Positions 25,169 through 37,379 of a stretch of DNA of 64,000 nt are shown here, one piece after another. Below the pieces are notes generated by a model, which saw only the letters and a program-made list of their open reading frames with translations, made no database searches and was not told the origin of the DNA. The stretch is taken from contig QPGO01000197.1 of NCBI GenBank assembly GCA_008632985.1, positions 1 through 64,000 of the forward strand. The letters run 5' to 3'. Made by a program: the position numbers and the translations under genes. Source of the stretch: Psammoneis japonica. Lineage: Eukaryota. Numbering within the stretch: position 1 is the stretch's first letter; each line of letters opens with the position of its first letter.

Positions 25169-28100
25169 ATGAGCAGTGCGATTTCGACTGATGATCCCTC
25201 TCTCACATGGCAGCAAATTCTCGACGGATGCAGCTGTCATCCTCCTGCTGATCGCCGGATCGATTTTTCTCGCCTCAAGATCAATGACCCTGTGGGCCAT
25301 GCACTTCGACCCAAGCTTCCGCATCATGCACGTCTGTGTGCCTTTGACGCCAATGGTTGCAAGTTCGACAAGCGCGGCGGGGACATAAATGAGCACTGTC
25401 AAATTGCTTCGGAAATCCAAGCCAACGTCATCGGCATCTCCGAAGTGTGTCTGGACACTGCCCAATTTGACATTCTCTCTGTTTGCCGTTCCACTGTCTC
25501 CAAATCTCTGCACCACGGGCGATCCACTTTCTCGACCAGCTCCACCACCTTCACTGCTCAACACAAACCAGGTGGTGCGGCTTTGTTGTCTTGCAATTCG
25601 ATGTCAGCACGTTTTCGGACTCAAGAATCAGACCCACTCGGTCAGTGGTCTATTCAAGTTTTCGACGGCAGGAACGGACGCCAAGTGATGTTCATCTCTT
25701 GCTGTCGAGTTTGCGCTAAAAACCAACAACACCCGGGGAAAACAACAGCTCATGCTCAGCAAATGTCTCTTCTCCGACAACAAGGCCGTCAGATCCTCGA
25801 CCCCAGGAAAGCCTTTTGCACCGACTTATCCCGTGTTTTGCAGGACTTTGTGGCAGAACCGAACAGGGAGGTGATCATCTTTGGCGATTTTAACACTGAT
25901 TTCAACTTCGACACAGACTCTTTGGCCACTGTTGCACAACGTTTTGATTTGTCCGACGTTCTGTTTAACATTGTGGGCGACAACGACTTCACTACATGCA
26001 CGAGGGGTTCTAAGCGCCTCGACCATGTGCTTGCCTCACCTGGTGCTCTCGCTGCGGCACGGTTCGGTGGATGCGAAGCTTTTGGTTACAGAGTTGCGTC
26101 TGATCATCGTGCTTGCTTTGTGGATTTTGACACGGTGGCCCTTTTTGGCAATCCCACCGTCGATCTACCCAAGGCATCGTTCCGGGATCTTCAGGCAACA
26201 TCCAAACCTCAGATCACCACTTGTCTTCAAGCCATCGGCCCTGTGATTCAGAGCCGCTCAGTGTTGGAGAGGTCGCGTCAGTCAATTGACCTCGAAACTC
26301 CGAATCATGCGTTGGCAGAATGCCTGGACCGTGATCTTACCCAGTTCTCCCTCGCTGCTGCCAAGAAATGCCGCTCTCACCGCGAACCAGACTGGTCGGC
26401 AGAACTGGCAGATTTGAGACATAGGGTGTGTATCTTTTCACGCCTCGCATCAATGATGCGGACAAAATTAGACTGTGTCTCACAGATTCGGTCGATTCGG
26501 GATAAACTCAGTGGATCCTTTTCCACTCCGGAGACTTTGCAAGAGTGCCAACAAGAGTTGCGTGCTGCTCAGGCAGACTGCAAGCGCTTGGCTGCCGACA
26601 GCGTGGTCCACCGTGAACGGGAGACATCAGAAAAGATGGCAGCACTCGATTTAGAAAACACCAAGGCTTCCCGCAAGCAGGCCACTACATTGCGTGACAT
26701 TCGCAAGGCAGAAGAAATGAAGAAATTGTTTGAGAAGATAGATTCTTGTCGCGCCCAGAAGGACACTGGCACACAGAGTGTACAAGTTCCTCGCAATCCC
26801 TCTGTTCCTCCGAAAGAATGTCAAGACTGGGTTGCCATCGATGCTCCGGAAGACGTGGCAACTGCTCTCCGTCAACGGAATCAGAAACACTTTGGTCAAG
26901 CACACGGCACACCCCCAACAGTCCCTCCACTGTCGGTGGACCTCGGTTGTGAAGGTGATGCGATTATGGCGGATCTCATTCTCAATGGCGAGTGTGACAC
27001 GTCTGCTTTGAATGAAGCAACAGCTCTTTTCATCAAACACTTACGACAACGGTCACCAGCGTCAGTGCCAAACCTCCTTTCTGCCTCAGACCTCGAAGGG
27101 AAAATAAAACGTTGGACAGAAACTGCCACTGCGTCCATGTGTTCTGGACTCCATCTCGGTCATTGGAAGGCAATGCATGCTCCTCATCGATTTTCTGAGG
27201 CTGCGGATTCAGAAGGCAGTCCCACTGTTGATCGTGAGGCCCTCGATGAAGTTCAACACACCCTCATTCAAATCAGGTTGAATTTGCTAAATTGCGCTCT
27301 CCGCTGGGGGTGTTCATTTCACCGTTGGCAAGATGTCGTAAATGTCATGACTTTCAAAGAGCCGGGCAACAACAAGATTCATCGTCTTTGAGTCATCCAC
27401 ACATGCGAAGCTGACTTTCAATTAATCTCGAGCGTCAAGTGGCGTGCTCCAGCTCAAAATGTGGAGCAACGTTGACCACACAATTCTGGGATCTACGGCA
27501 CTCACACTTTCTTAAATGCCAACACTCCCGTGTGCCTTGAAGAACTCATGCTGGAGATCAGCAGAGCTACACGCAAGTCTGCCATTCACAGTGATGACGG
27601 TTGCACTTCGTGCTGCGACAGAAATGTCCTTGCTTTGGTGGCAATTGAAAGCCGCAGCAACGGAATGCCCAAAGAAGTTGCCCAGGTTGCCAGTTCGACT
27701 CTTCACAAGGCTCGATGCTGGTTGCGTGTGGTGCTTGGCCTGTCTCAAGGTTCTCATTCCCATTCCGATGACTTTCCGATTTACGGTGCTGGACAGGGCA
27801 GTGGAAACTCCCCGTTCTACTGGAACCAAATCTGCAACAGTTTGTTTCAGATTTTCGATCAACGTGCACACGGTGCCCATTTCGAGACCCCTGACCGCTC
27901 TCTTTCTCTGCAGATGTTCAATCGTGGATGCGTGGATGACACATCCAAACAGGTGAACGCCTTTTGTGCGTCTCCTCAACCTTGCATTTTGGAGTTGGCT
28001 CTAAAGATGCAGGAGGATAATCAGCCATGGTGTGACCTTTTGAATGCAGCTGGACACGAGTTAGAACTGCCCAAGTGCTCCTTCCACGCAATCGAGTGGA

Positions 28101-31050
28101 TGTTCACAGATGACGGGGAACCACACCTACGACCATGCAATGAGGAGATCGACATTGAAATCTCTTCTGCTGACCGAACTGCGACACGGTCTAGCAAACA
28201 ACTGTCTGCTCATTCTGCTCACAAGACACTTGGTCATCACAAAGCTCCCGCAGGTGCGCAAAAGACTCAATGCACGGCCCTCAAACAGAAGAGCGATGGC
28301 ATTGCCTTGTTTCTTTGTTCTTGCCCCCTTGACAGACACGAGGCTTGGACCCATTGTTTTGCCTGCTGCCTGTCCTCGACTGCCTGCGTTCTCCCAAGTG
28401 CCCATTTCAAGGAGAAAGAGTTGTCAGAGGCACAAAGAAAGGCTGTGCGTGCGATTTTTGCCAAATGCGGATACAATCGAAATTCGAAACGAGATGTTCC
28501 ATTCGGACCACATTCCCCAGGAGGTGGCGGTTTCAGGTCCTTAGACATCGAACAAGGAGTTGCTCAAGTTCTACAGTTTCTTCGTCACTGGCGCGGGACA
28601 GGACAACCTCAAGCTCCATCTTGTGTTGCAGTGTCATGGATTCAGTTGCAGATCGGAGCGGGAGTCAGTTTTCTAAAAGACGTTCATGCCAAGTTGCCTC
28701 ATTCGGAATCACGCTGATTTGTGTCTCTCCAATCTTTCTTGGCAAGGATTGATGCTTCTGTTGACTGTGACGAGCCTGGCATCCTCCCGCTGCAGCGAGA
28801 CAACGACCAACGTGTCATGGACGTCGCACTTGAATCGGGCGCCTTCAGTGATCGGGAGATCAGGTGGGTCAACTGCTGTCGGTTGTGTCTCAACGCACTG
28901 ACACTGTCGGACATTGCTCTTCCAGATGGCCTCTCGCTTGACTCCTTTAAAGTCGACGGCCGATCGTCCCTTTTTAGCAGCCGCAGTGCTCTGAATCCCG
29001 TTGAACAACAACGCCCGTCTGCTCGAGCTTGGAAACAGTGGCGAAGAGCTTGTTCCTTGTTTTGCAAGGACGATTCCTTTGATCTCCGAGATCCCCCAGG
29101 TCAATGGCTCATGCCGGCCACGGAAATGCGAATGTCACACGTGGCATGCCATGAACCCTCCGAAGATCACTTGTGCATCCGTTCGGATGCTGGATTTCAA
29201 ATGTTTCCGGTGAAACACGGTTGTGCTGCCTCTGTTGCGGCCTTGGAAACTGTCCCAGATCTTTCCCCTGCGGCATCCCCGGTGCTTGTGGATGCCACCA
29301 GAAACGGTCATTGGCGAATTCGGTCTTCTGGTGCTCCAGTCTTCTTGCCAACTTTGCCTCCCGTCCCCAACGATTTTCTCTCTGTGCTGCAGTCTCTGTC
29401 TCATTGGGAATCGTCCCTGTTTGAGGAAATCACACTGCACCGGTCAACATTCGAAATCGCCGACATCTTTGCGACCCACCAAGCGTCAGCAGGTGGCAAC
29501 GGCTCGGTCCTTCAATTTCGAGGTGCCTTTGGTTGGATGATCACAATTGATGGGACACCTCTTGTGGATTGCGCAGGTCCGGTTTTCGGTTTTCGCCCAT
29601 CTTCTTGCCGAGCTGAAGCATGCGGCATGCTGTCCTTTCTCCGTTTCCTGATCTGATTGACAGAATGTTGTTCTTCATCTTTAAGAGGCGCTGACTTGCA
29701 TTGCGACAATTCTTCACTCATTCGCAACATCTCGAATTTCCAGGTGATTCCTTCTCCTCCCGAAGCAGAGGACACTCAAGGAGCCGATGACTTTCAATGG
29801 TGGCATCACATTGCTAACACCCTCTCACCAGACTGGGACATTGTCAATGAAATTTTTCACTCCCTACGACAAGCATCCGAGGTCAGCACTGACAAACTGC
29901 AGTGTCCTGTCGTAGAGATTCATTGGGTGAAAGGTCACCAAGATGATGCTCTTCCTGTGGAGTCTTTGTCCTTGGCGGCGAAGTTGAACATGCGGGCTGA
30001 CAGGTTGGCAGGACAATTCCAAGGCCAATTTTCTGGCCATGCTCTTGAAGCCCCCCGCGTGCCTCACTGTCGAGCAAATCTGATCCTCCAAGGAGCCACC
30101 GTCTCGTCCAAATGCAAGCCGGTCCTGCGACATCAGGCATCAAGTTCCGCGCTAGTCGACTGCATGAAAGAGAAATGCAGTTGGTCCGATGAAGTCTACG
30201 CATCGATCGATTGGGACGTTCGCGCGAAGCTGATGTCACGGAATGTTCGTCGAAAAGTTGGCACTGTCAAGCTGGTTCAAGATCTTCTGCCCACTGACAA
30301 AATCGTGCACAGATGCAATCCGACACGTCCGGACTGTTGCACACACTGTCAGGACCCCATGGAAGACAGAGACCACATTCTCCGTTGTCCTCACAACGAG
30401 GCCTGGCGCAGACAATTTTTACAAGGCCTGCGTAAGAAGTGCGACGACATTCACACGTCTCCCTCCTTACGAGACTTGATCATTTCGGCTGTTGAAGCAT
30501 GGTTTCGAGACAAGCTTCTTTGCTCTGAGCAATTTCATCACAGCGTCGTCCCCGTTTTCCATTCCCAAGGAGAAATGGGTTGGCGTCAGTTGTTCAATGG
30601 TCGTTTTTCGGTCCAATGGAGTACGACACAAACCTCATGTCTTACGTCGAGCGGCATTTGTCGGACCCTTTTGGACCAACAGAAACGTTTGGATTGGGCG
30701 GCAACCATTGGGAACTTTGTTTGGCAGTGGTGGGACCTGTGGGATGCTCACAATGACGCTGCACACGGACACGATTCGGAAACTAGAAAGTCCTCTCAAA
30801 GGAGAGACGCGGAAGCAGAGGTCAAGGCGATTTATTCTCGCACGGATGATTGCCTTGCGAGAGACAAGGCGCTCTTGTTGGATTCGGTGGAAGATCATTT
30901 GACGCATTCAACTCATCGGATTCGCAACTGGCTGGCAATGTTCAAACCAGTCTTTAAATCGAGCATGCGGGAAGCCAAACGGTTGGCTGCACGAGGCACC
31001 AGAACCATTGCAAGTTGCTTTGGCGCGGCGTCACCCTCGGGTGATGCCGA
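25169..31050 (+). pseudogene. LINE ORF2: apurinic endonuclease, reverse transcriptase, RNase H
   Basis: ORFs 25169, 27530, 28721 and 29657 share one frame, broken by TGA at 27389, 27473, 28715 and 29654. Motifs GISE, GDFN, RLDH, SDHR (APE); GAGQGSGNSP, CVDD (RT); SCRAEACG, CDN, WVKGHQD, NMRADRLA (RNase H); CTHC..HILRC. Confidence 0.9.
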
Positions 31051-31295
31051 TCTCGGCCAATTGCTGTTTGCTCCTGCCGCACTAATTGTGTGCTGGGAGT
31101 GTGGGTTGGCTTGTTGCCAGAGTTGCAGGGTGGAAGCACAGCAGCACTTAAAATGTGGAAGTTTGGTTTTGTTTTGTCAAAGTTTGCAACAGTGATGATG
31201 TGGCCAATGAACCCCAGTTGCTCACACCCAAGGAATTTCGCGACTGCCGCCTTGGTCCGGACTGCTTGACCTCTCTAGCCACTGGCACAGCACCC

Positions 31296-31691
31296 GACGT
31301 GTTCCAGCTCTAGGTGGGACCTCGCACTGCTGAACTGTGACACAATTGTTTTTTGTCATCCATCGCATGTTTCGCGCGCACATTTCTGCGTGTTCTAACA
31401 TAAAAAATTGTTCCACACTGCCTGTTTTGCGAAGCCAAAGGCTTTCTGTTCTCTGCACTTGTGTCAATAAAAATGCGCTGGGCACATTCTTTAATGTCTA
31501 AAGAACACACCCGGGCACACTGTAAAGAATGCACTTCAAGTGTGGAGGAGGAGATGCGTTCGCAAAATTGCCTCTTTTTCTGTTGGCGATCATTCATGTG
31601 TCCATTGCTTGACAATTTTACTGCGGAGCTCGCACGCAGAATTCTGCGGGCCCAATGTCACAAAAAGTCCCACCTGGGACTGGAACCCGTC
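31296..31691. mobile_element. MITE (family A), 396 bp, TpA-mutated copy
   Basis: Same length as and colinear with 12971-13366. Ends GACGTGTTCCAG / CTGGAACCCGTC. 4-bp TSD ACCC on both sides. Confidence 0.9.
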
Positions 31692-32184
31692 ACCCTCCGC
31701 ACCTGTGCCGAGTCCCTTGCCTTCCAAACCAGGTGAACCCAGCGCCATTTTGACGCCAGCCTTGCACTGTGTCGCCACTCAGGTGTCCCCAAGAAGTGGT
31801 GTCAGTCACGCCCCGCATGTCTTGACCAACCCGCCTGCAAACAAACTCGGCCCAGTGCAGGATTGCAGCCCTTGCACAGGCCCGCACTTCGAAACCAATT
31901 GGGACCACAGCCCTTGTGCAGGCCGCACTTCAAAGCCAGTTGGGACACTCCACCCATGGCTTCCAAAGCTGCAGCCTTTGCACCCCGCAAACCACGTGCT
32001 GCCAACCTCCACGTGTCAACCGCTGTCACCCTTCACAACCTTCGTTTGGGAAGTGATGGAGATGACAACTTGCTTCTTGCATCTCCTGATGGGGAGCCTC
32101 CCTTTCCCATCATTGAATCTGTTCACAACAGTTCAACCGGTTCATCAGATGGGGAGTTCAGGACATCCAAGCAGCTTTGTTGTC

Positions 32185-32660
32185 TTTGGATCCTCCAAGC
32201 ATCGCACCACGAGACGAGGCCTCCTGATTGGATGCCCCAAGTCTCGCACCTTGAGACCAGGCCTCCTGACTGGATGCCTCAAGTCTCGTGCCTCGAGACT
32301 GGGCCTCCTGGTTGGATGCCCCAAGTCTCGTACCTCAAGACCAGGCCTCCTGACTGGATGCCCCAAGTCTCGTGCCTTGAGACCAGGCCTCCAGATTGGA
32401 TCCCTCAAGTCTTGTGCCACAAGACTCGGCCTCCTGATTGGATCCCTGAAGACTCGTGTCACAAGACTGGCAAGTCCTGGATGTCCCAAGTCTCGCACCT
32501 CGAGACTGGGCCTCCGGATTGGATCCCTCAAGCCTTGCGCCACGAGACTCGGCCTCCCAATTGGATCCCCCAAGTCTCGCACCTCAAGACTTGGCCTCCT
32601 GGTTGGATCCCCGAAGACTCGTGTCACAAGACTGGCAAGTCCTTTTGGATTCCAGAAGTC
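32185..32660 (+). repeat. Tandem array of about 11 units of 42 bp (RPPDW[MI]PQVSxLET-like)
   Basis: 42-nt period with one 39-nt unit, visible in the DNA and in ORF 31863-32756. Confidence 0.9.
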
Positions 32661-33158
32661 TTGCAGCATGGGGCTGGTTGCCCCAATCAGACATCTGCAG
32701 TCTTGCACCACAAGATGTCTTGCTCCCAATCCGATCCCCAAAGGCTTGCACCTTGAGACTCGTTCCTCCAATTGGATCAGTCTCTCAGGAGATGCAGCTG
32801 AGCTTGCAATTGGATTGGTGGAACACAAGACCACCGCTTGTGCCTTTGAACTCATGCTTGCTCTGTTCCCCGAGTCGTGCAAACGCCATGCCACCCTGCT
32901 TGAGCACTGCTCTGTTTTTCTAGCAGCAGCCCAGTGTGGCAACCGTTCCAAGAACCAACAGATGGCTGTCATTCTTTGCGACCTTTGCTGAGGGAGTGAA
33001 GGTGATGTTAACTTGTTTGCACTGTCCTGCGATGTTGCCCCGCTGTTCAACATTGTCAACCAGACCAAGCTTTGCTCCTTCCATTGCAAGTGCGGATTGC
33101 GTCGCTCAGCAAAAAAGCAGAGAGGGATCAAGAGAGGAAGAAGCAATGTAATTCAGAA

Positions 33159-33947
33159 ATGAAGGAAAACAATGTTGACAAAACTTGTGGCGTGAACATC
33201 AGCACAATCCCCGATTCCATAAAAAACACGAAGTTCAAGGACAGAGAAACAGAGATCAACGTGGCGACAGCAGCAGCGACAATCCCTGCAAACCAGGTGG
33301 AGGAAGAGAGGGCCTGCAACAATGCCACAAGCCACGAGAACCAGCCTTTGCTTCTTGAGAACATGGAAGAAAACAACGACACGATCTCGCATGACCAACA
33401 TGCTGAATTTTCTGCTCCAAAACCAAAACACGAAACACCCTGCATCATGATGCATTGCCGAATGGGACACGATGACTCGATTGTCATTTTGAACGACAGC
33501 ACGGCACAAGATGAGGATGAACATTCACCACAAGTGCGGCAACTCTGGGAGGAACTGGAACAAGCAAGTCGCATCATGGTTGGTTGGTGTGCGGCAATGC
33601 ACCTTGTTGGCTTCATGATCATGTTGCGAAGTGGCGTTAGCATGCACTGCTGCACCGACAGTTGCAGCCTGAGAGGGCCCAATCTTGGCGGGTCCAACAA
33701 CAGCGACATGCTCATGACAATCTGTCGCTTGCTCCTTGTCCTTGTAGCTGCACACTGCTTTCAGTTTGCTTTGCTTTTGGTGAGGCTATGTCGAGAGCAG
33801 TCAGACTTGTTTCTGCAGCTGTCCAGACGAGTTGGATGGACTCCAATGAGGATGGATCGACATTCGACAAATGCTCTCTTGAGGAGTGTGATTTCAGATT
33901 CTGAGGAGGATTCGGAACACGAAGATTTGAATGAAAGTTTGATTTGA
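33159..33947 (+). pseudogene. TpA-mutated paralog of the adjacent membrane-protein gene
   Basis: Aligns with 34394-35294. Tyr codons changed to His/Cys, premature TGA at 33945, internal deletion, and original TAA stop changed to CAA. Confidence 0.85.
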
Positions 33948-34393
33948 CGAGAAGATCCGAGGAATGGCGCTGCACATGATCCAACAGTGCTGGAGTCAAT
34001 CTCAGAGGCACAACATTTCAGAGTGCTGCACATGCTGAAGGGATTTTTTACATGCACTTCCAAAGATTGTAATAGAGAACAGTCAAGAAACCCATGTTTC
34101 CAATCGTGAGGAATCATCACGACACCGAATGAGCGTCGCCGCCACTCTTCCTTGTGTGTGTTCGAGATCTTCCCAAAAATTGCAGAGACATGCGCAGAAG
34201 AACCAGCTCAAAAGGATCAATTTGAGCATCTTTTTTTCCCTCCCACATTGCACCGTGTATCTAGCTGTTATTGTCCACATCAGTGTGCACCACGGAAGTA
34301 GCATGTTGTGGTGGTGGGTCTGGCTATCTTCTTGCACATCCTAATTGATAAAGTCCTGTGTGCCAGTTCTCTGCTTGTTTGTGCGAAGTTCGT

Positions 34394-35294
34394 GATGACG
34401 GGAGACGTGCAGAAAAATGTTGACACAAATTGTGGCGCGAACATCAACACAAATCCGCGATTCCCAAAACGTGAAGAGGATACAAGTATAAAGAAACACA
34501 TCTTCATCAAGATGGCGACAGCAGCGGCGATAATCCTTAAAAGCCAGGAGGAAATGAGGGCCGTCAACAATGCCACAAGCCACGAGAACCAGCCTTCGTT
34601 TCTTGAAGCTATGGAAGAAAACAACGACACTCCCTCGCACGACCAACATGCTGCTCTAAACTCAAAACGCGAACCACCCTCCATCATGATGCACTGCCGA
34701 ATGGGACACGGCTACGACTCGATTGTCATCTTAAACGATAGCACGGCACAAGACGAGGATGGATATTCGCCACATGTACGGCGACTCTTGGACGAACTGG
34801 AACAAGCAAGTCGCGTCATGGCGGGTTTCTGTGCAGCAACGTACCTTGTTGGCTTTATGATAAGGTTGGGTGTTGGCATTAGCATGTACTGCTTTGGCGA
34901 TATTTGTCTAAGAGGACTCAGTCTTGGCCGGTCCAACAACAATGACTTGCTCATGATGATCTATCTCGTGCTCCTTGTCCTTGTAGCCGTGTGCTGCTTT
35001 CAGTTTGCTTTGCTTTTGGTGAGGCTTTACCGAGAGCAGCCAGACTTGTTTCCACAATTTTCCAGACGAGGTGGATGGACTCAAACAAGGATGGATCGAC
35101 ATTCCGCCAACACTCTCTTGAAGAACATGATTGCAGATTTGAACGAGTTGCGCAATTCCATTTGTTGTTTGGTAAAGTCTTCGGAGGAGGATTCGGAACA
35201 GGAAGATTTGAATGAAAGCTTGATTGAACGAGAAGATCCGAGTATTGCCGCTACACTTGAGCCCACGATACAAGAGTCGATCTCAGAGTCATAA
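34394..35294 (+). CDS. Hypothetical membrane protein with two hydrophobic segments
   Basis: Open frame 34308-35294 with normal TpA/Tyr content and two predicted TM stretches. Start uncertain. Confidence 0.65.
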
Positions 35295-35510
35295 CATTTG
35301 ACAGTACTACACATACTGAAGGTATGTTTTGCATACACACCTCCAAAAAAGTAATAGTTAACAGTTAAGAAACCTGTGTTTCCAATCGTAAGGAATCACC
35401 ACGATACCGAGCGAGTTCAAAGGTAAGAGAGTTGCCGCCGCCACTCTTCCTTGCATGCGCTCAAGATTTTCCTGAGCCTCGTATATGCGAGAGTTACTAC
35501 AACATTGTCT

Positions 35511-36944
35511 CTATTTCCAATCGTGAGGAATCATCAAGGAGCCATCGTCTCCCAAGTGACAAAACTGACCACTCCCCACAATTCCGAGAGAGTTGCCAGC
35601 CAAGAGTAGACGCCACTCGCTCTTGTGCATTCGAAATCTCCGTAGAGACTCTACAAATTGTTCGAGTTGCACCATTTTGCTTCGATGGACACGTTGTAAA
35701 CCAAACTCTTGTTGCACTTGGTTCTCTATATATTTTGCGGTTTCATTCTGACGACGTCGTTCGACCAAATCGTGTCGTGCTCTTGGCGCCAATCGAGACA
35801 GTGCCACTAAAATGGCTTGACTTGTCATGCTGGCACCCACCCGTACATGTCCCTCCTTTGTTAAAATGGCACGCCGACAAGCTTGTGGCGATTCCACCAT
35901 GGCAATGACCGGTTCCAATGCAATCGCAGTAGTCGTTGTTTCATCTTCTTGTTCATTGATGTCTATTTGTGTCTTGAGATTCATTAATAAATCAAAGTAT
36001 TCGCGTGACGAACACGAGTGTCCCTTGCAAAAGTTCACATTGAGGCTGTGCGCCACTCGAGAAACAGCGTCGTGTAGTTGAGCTTGAATTTCTTTATTTC
36101 GTTCTAAAGCGTGTGGTGTCACACTTTGAAAGGCATCCAGCCATTGCAAAGGCGTACAGGCGGGATTTAGATAGAGAATACCCCCGTACACGTCAAGACG
36201 CTCATCTTCCTTGGAGGAAAACACGAGTCGAAGTGGATAAAAGCTCTTTACCAAAAACTTGTCTTGAAACTCTTGATGCAAATCCATTAAAGACTTTAGC
36301 AATTTCGCCAACGACTCGCTGGACCATCCCAGCTTGGTCCCGTCCACGGCCAAGAATTTATAGCGTTGACGAACCACCATGGCGGCCGCCATGACGTCCA
36401 TACGAGACTGTTGTCGTTGCTTAATCTCCTTCTTGTTGAGACTATGCAAAAAGGATTGCAAATCTCGTCCCTGATTGGAATGCAAATCGTATTGATGATC
36501 AATTGTAGTATTGTTGTTTGGATCATGCGAAGCCCAATGAATGTCGGAATTTTTGCTTTCTGGAGAAGGAACACCACGTTTTCGTGGCTTTACTTTGGGC
36601 GGTGCTGGCAAGAGCACAAAACCTGTTTTCGAAAGGGCGTTTGCCATGGATTGCAACACGGCCATGACGTTCTGATTTAGATTCAAGGAATGCTCGTGAA
36701 GCGATCCATCCTTGTGTTCCAATAGATAGGATAGAGAGGGATAGTGCCGTGGTGGCATGCAGGGCTCGCCTTCGCCCAGCGTGTAGGATAGAAAATCAGG
36801 TTTTCCCATGCGATCGGAAACATGCTGCAGAAGTTCGTGTTGCTGTTGTCGAATGCGAGCTGAATGAGAACGAAATCTATCAGGATGAGTTCTTAAGAGG
36901 AACGCTCGGCGCAATCTCGACACATAGATAGATGGAGTCGACAT
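35511..36944 (-). CDS. TCAIM: TCAIM-like protein (DUF4460/DUF4461; J-like HPD motif)
   Basis: 477-aa ORF with N-terminal LRRAFLLRTHPDRF and C-terminal DGSLMIPHDWK, as in the T-cell activation inhibitor mitochondrial family. Confidence 0.7.
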   Translation of the reverse strand: MSTPSIYVSRLRRAFLLRTHPDRFRSHSARIRQQQHELLQHVSDRMGKPDFLSYTLGEGEPCMPPRHYPSLSYLLEHKDGSLHEHSLNLNQNVMAVLQSMANALSKTGFVLLPAPPKVKPRKRGVPSPESKNSDIHWASHDPNNNTTIDHQYDLHSNQGRDLQSFLHSLNKKEIKQRQQSRMDVMAAAMVVRQRYKFLAVDGTKLGWSSESLAKLLKSLMDLHQEFQDKFLVKSFYPLRLVFSSKEDERLDVYGGILYLNPACTPLQWLDAFQSVTPHALERNKEIQAQLHDAVSRVAHSLNVNFCKGHSCSSREYFDLLMNLKTQIDINEQEDETTTTAIALEPVIAMVESPQACRRAILTKEGHVRVGASMTSQAILVALSRLAPRARHDLVERRRQNETAKYIENQVQQEFGLQRVHRSKMVQLEQFVESLRRFRMHKSEWRLLLAGNSLGIVGSGQFCHLGDDGSLMIPHDWK

Positions 36945-37189
36945 GAGAACGCTTTAGAAATAACTCGCTGTTGCTGAATGCTGTCTTGATTGCTGTCTTT
37001 TCCTGCCTTTATTTTTGCAGCAAAAACGAAATCCAAAATCCGACCTCAGATAAGCAGTGAGTCGCGCGTTCGCGCGAAGCGCCACCAATAACATAAATTA
37101 TCTAAATCTCCTAAGACATTGATAAATGCGTTGAGCCTCACAAAATTTCAAGTTCTTCGCACGACTCCTTGTGAGAAAAATGTATCGTA

Positions 37190-37347
37190 AAAAGCGTTGA
37201 GATGTTCTCATCCCACTTTTTTGGCAAGTTTCAGACGCCTCGTGCCTTTAACTTTTGGTAAAGACTCTGAAAAGCGTTGAGATGTTCTCATCCCACTTTT
37301 TTGGCAAGTTTCAGACGCCTCATGCCTTTTACTTTTGGTAAAGACTC
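37190..37347. repeat. Tandem duplication, period 80 bp, in a divergent intergenic region
   Basis: 37190-37267 and 37270-37347 differ at two positions. Confidence 0.95.
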
Positions 37348-37379
37348 ATTTCTTTGACAACAAGATCGTCTTCTGAATC

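Larger units (their letters stand above)
21922..31050 (+). mobile_element. Near full-length non-LTR retrotransposon, Ambal-like (ORF1 + APE-RT-RNase H ORF2), inactivated
   Basis: Long 5' region, a 617-aa ORF1 and a single-frame ORF2 of about 1950 codons. Exact termini and TSD not resolved. Confidence 0.85.

Noticed and set aside
25169..31195. In-frame TGA codons as selenocysteine, readthrough or an alternative genetic code
   Set aside because: Host genes use standard stops including TGA. The TGAs fit CGA>TGA or TGG>TGA mutations in a dead element.
32185..32660. CRISPR-like array
   Set aside because: The units are contiguous degenerate tandem repeats without unique spacers, in a eukaryotic context with no cas genes.
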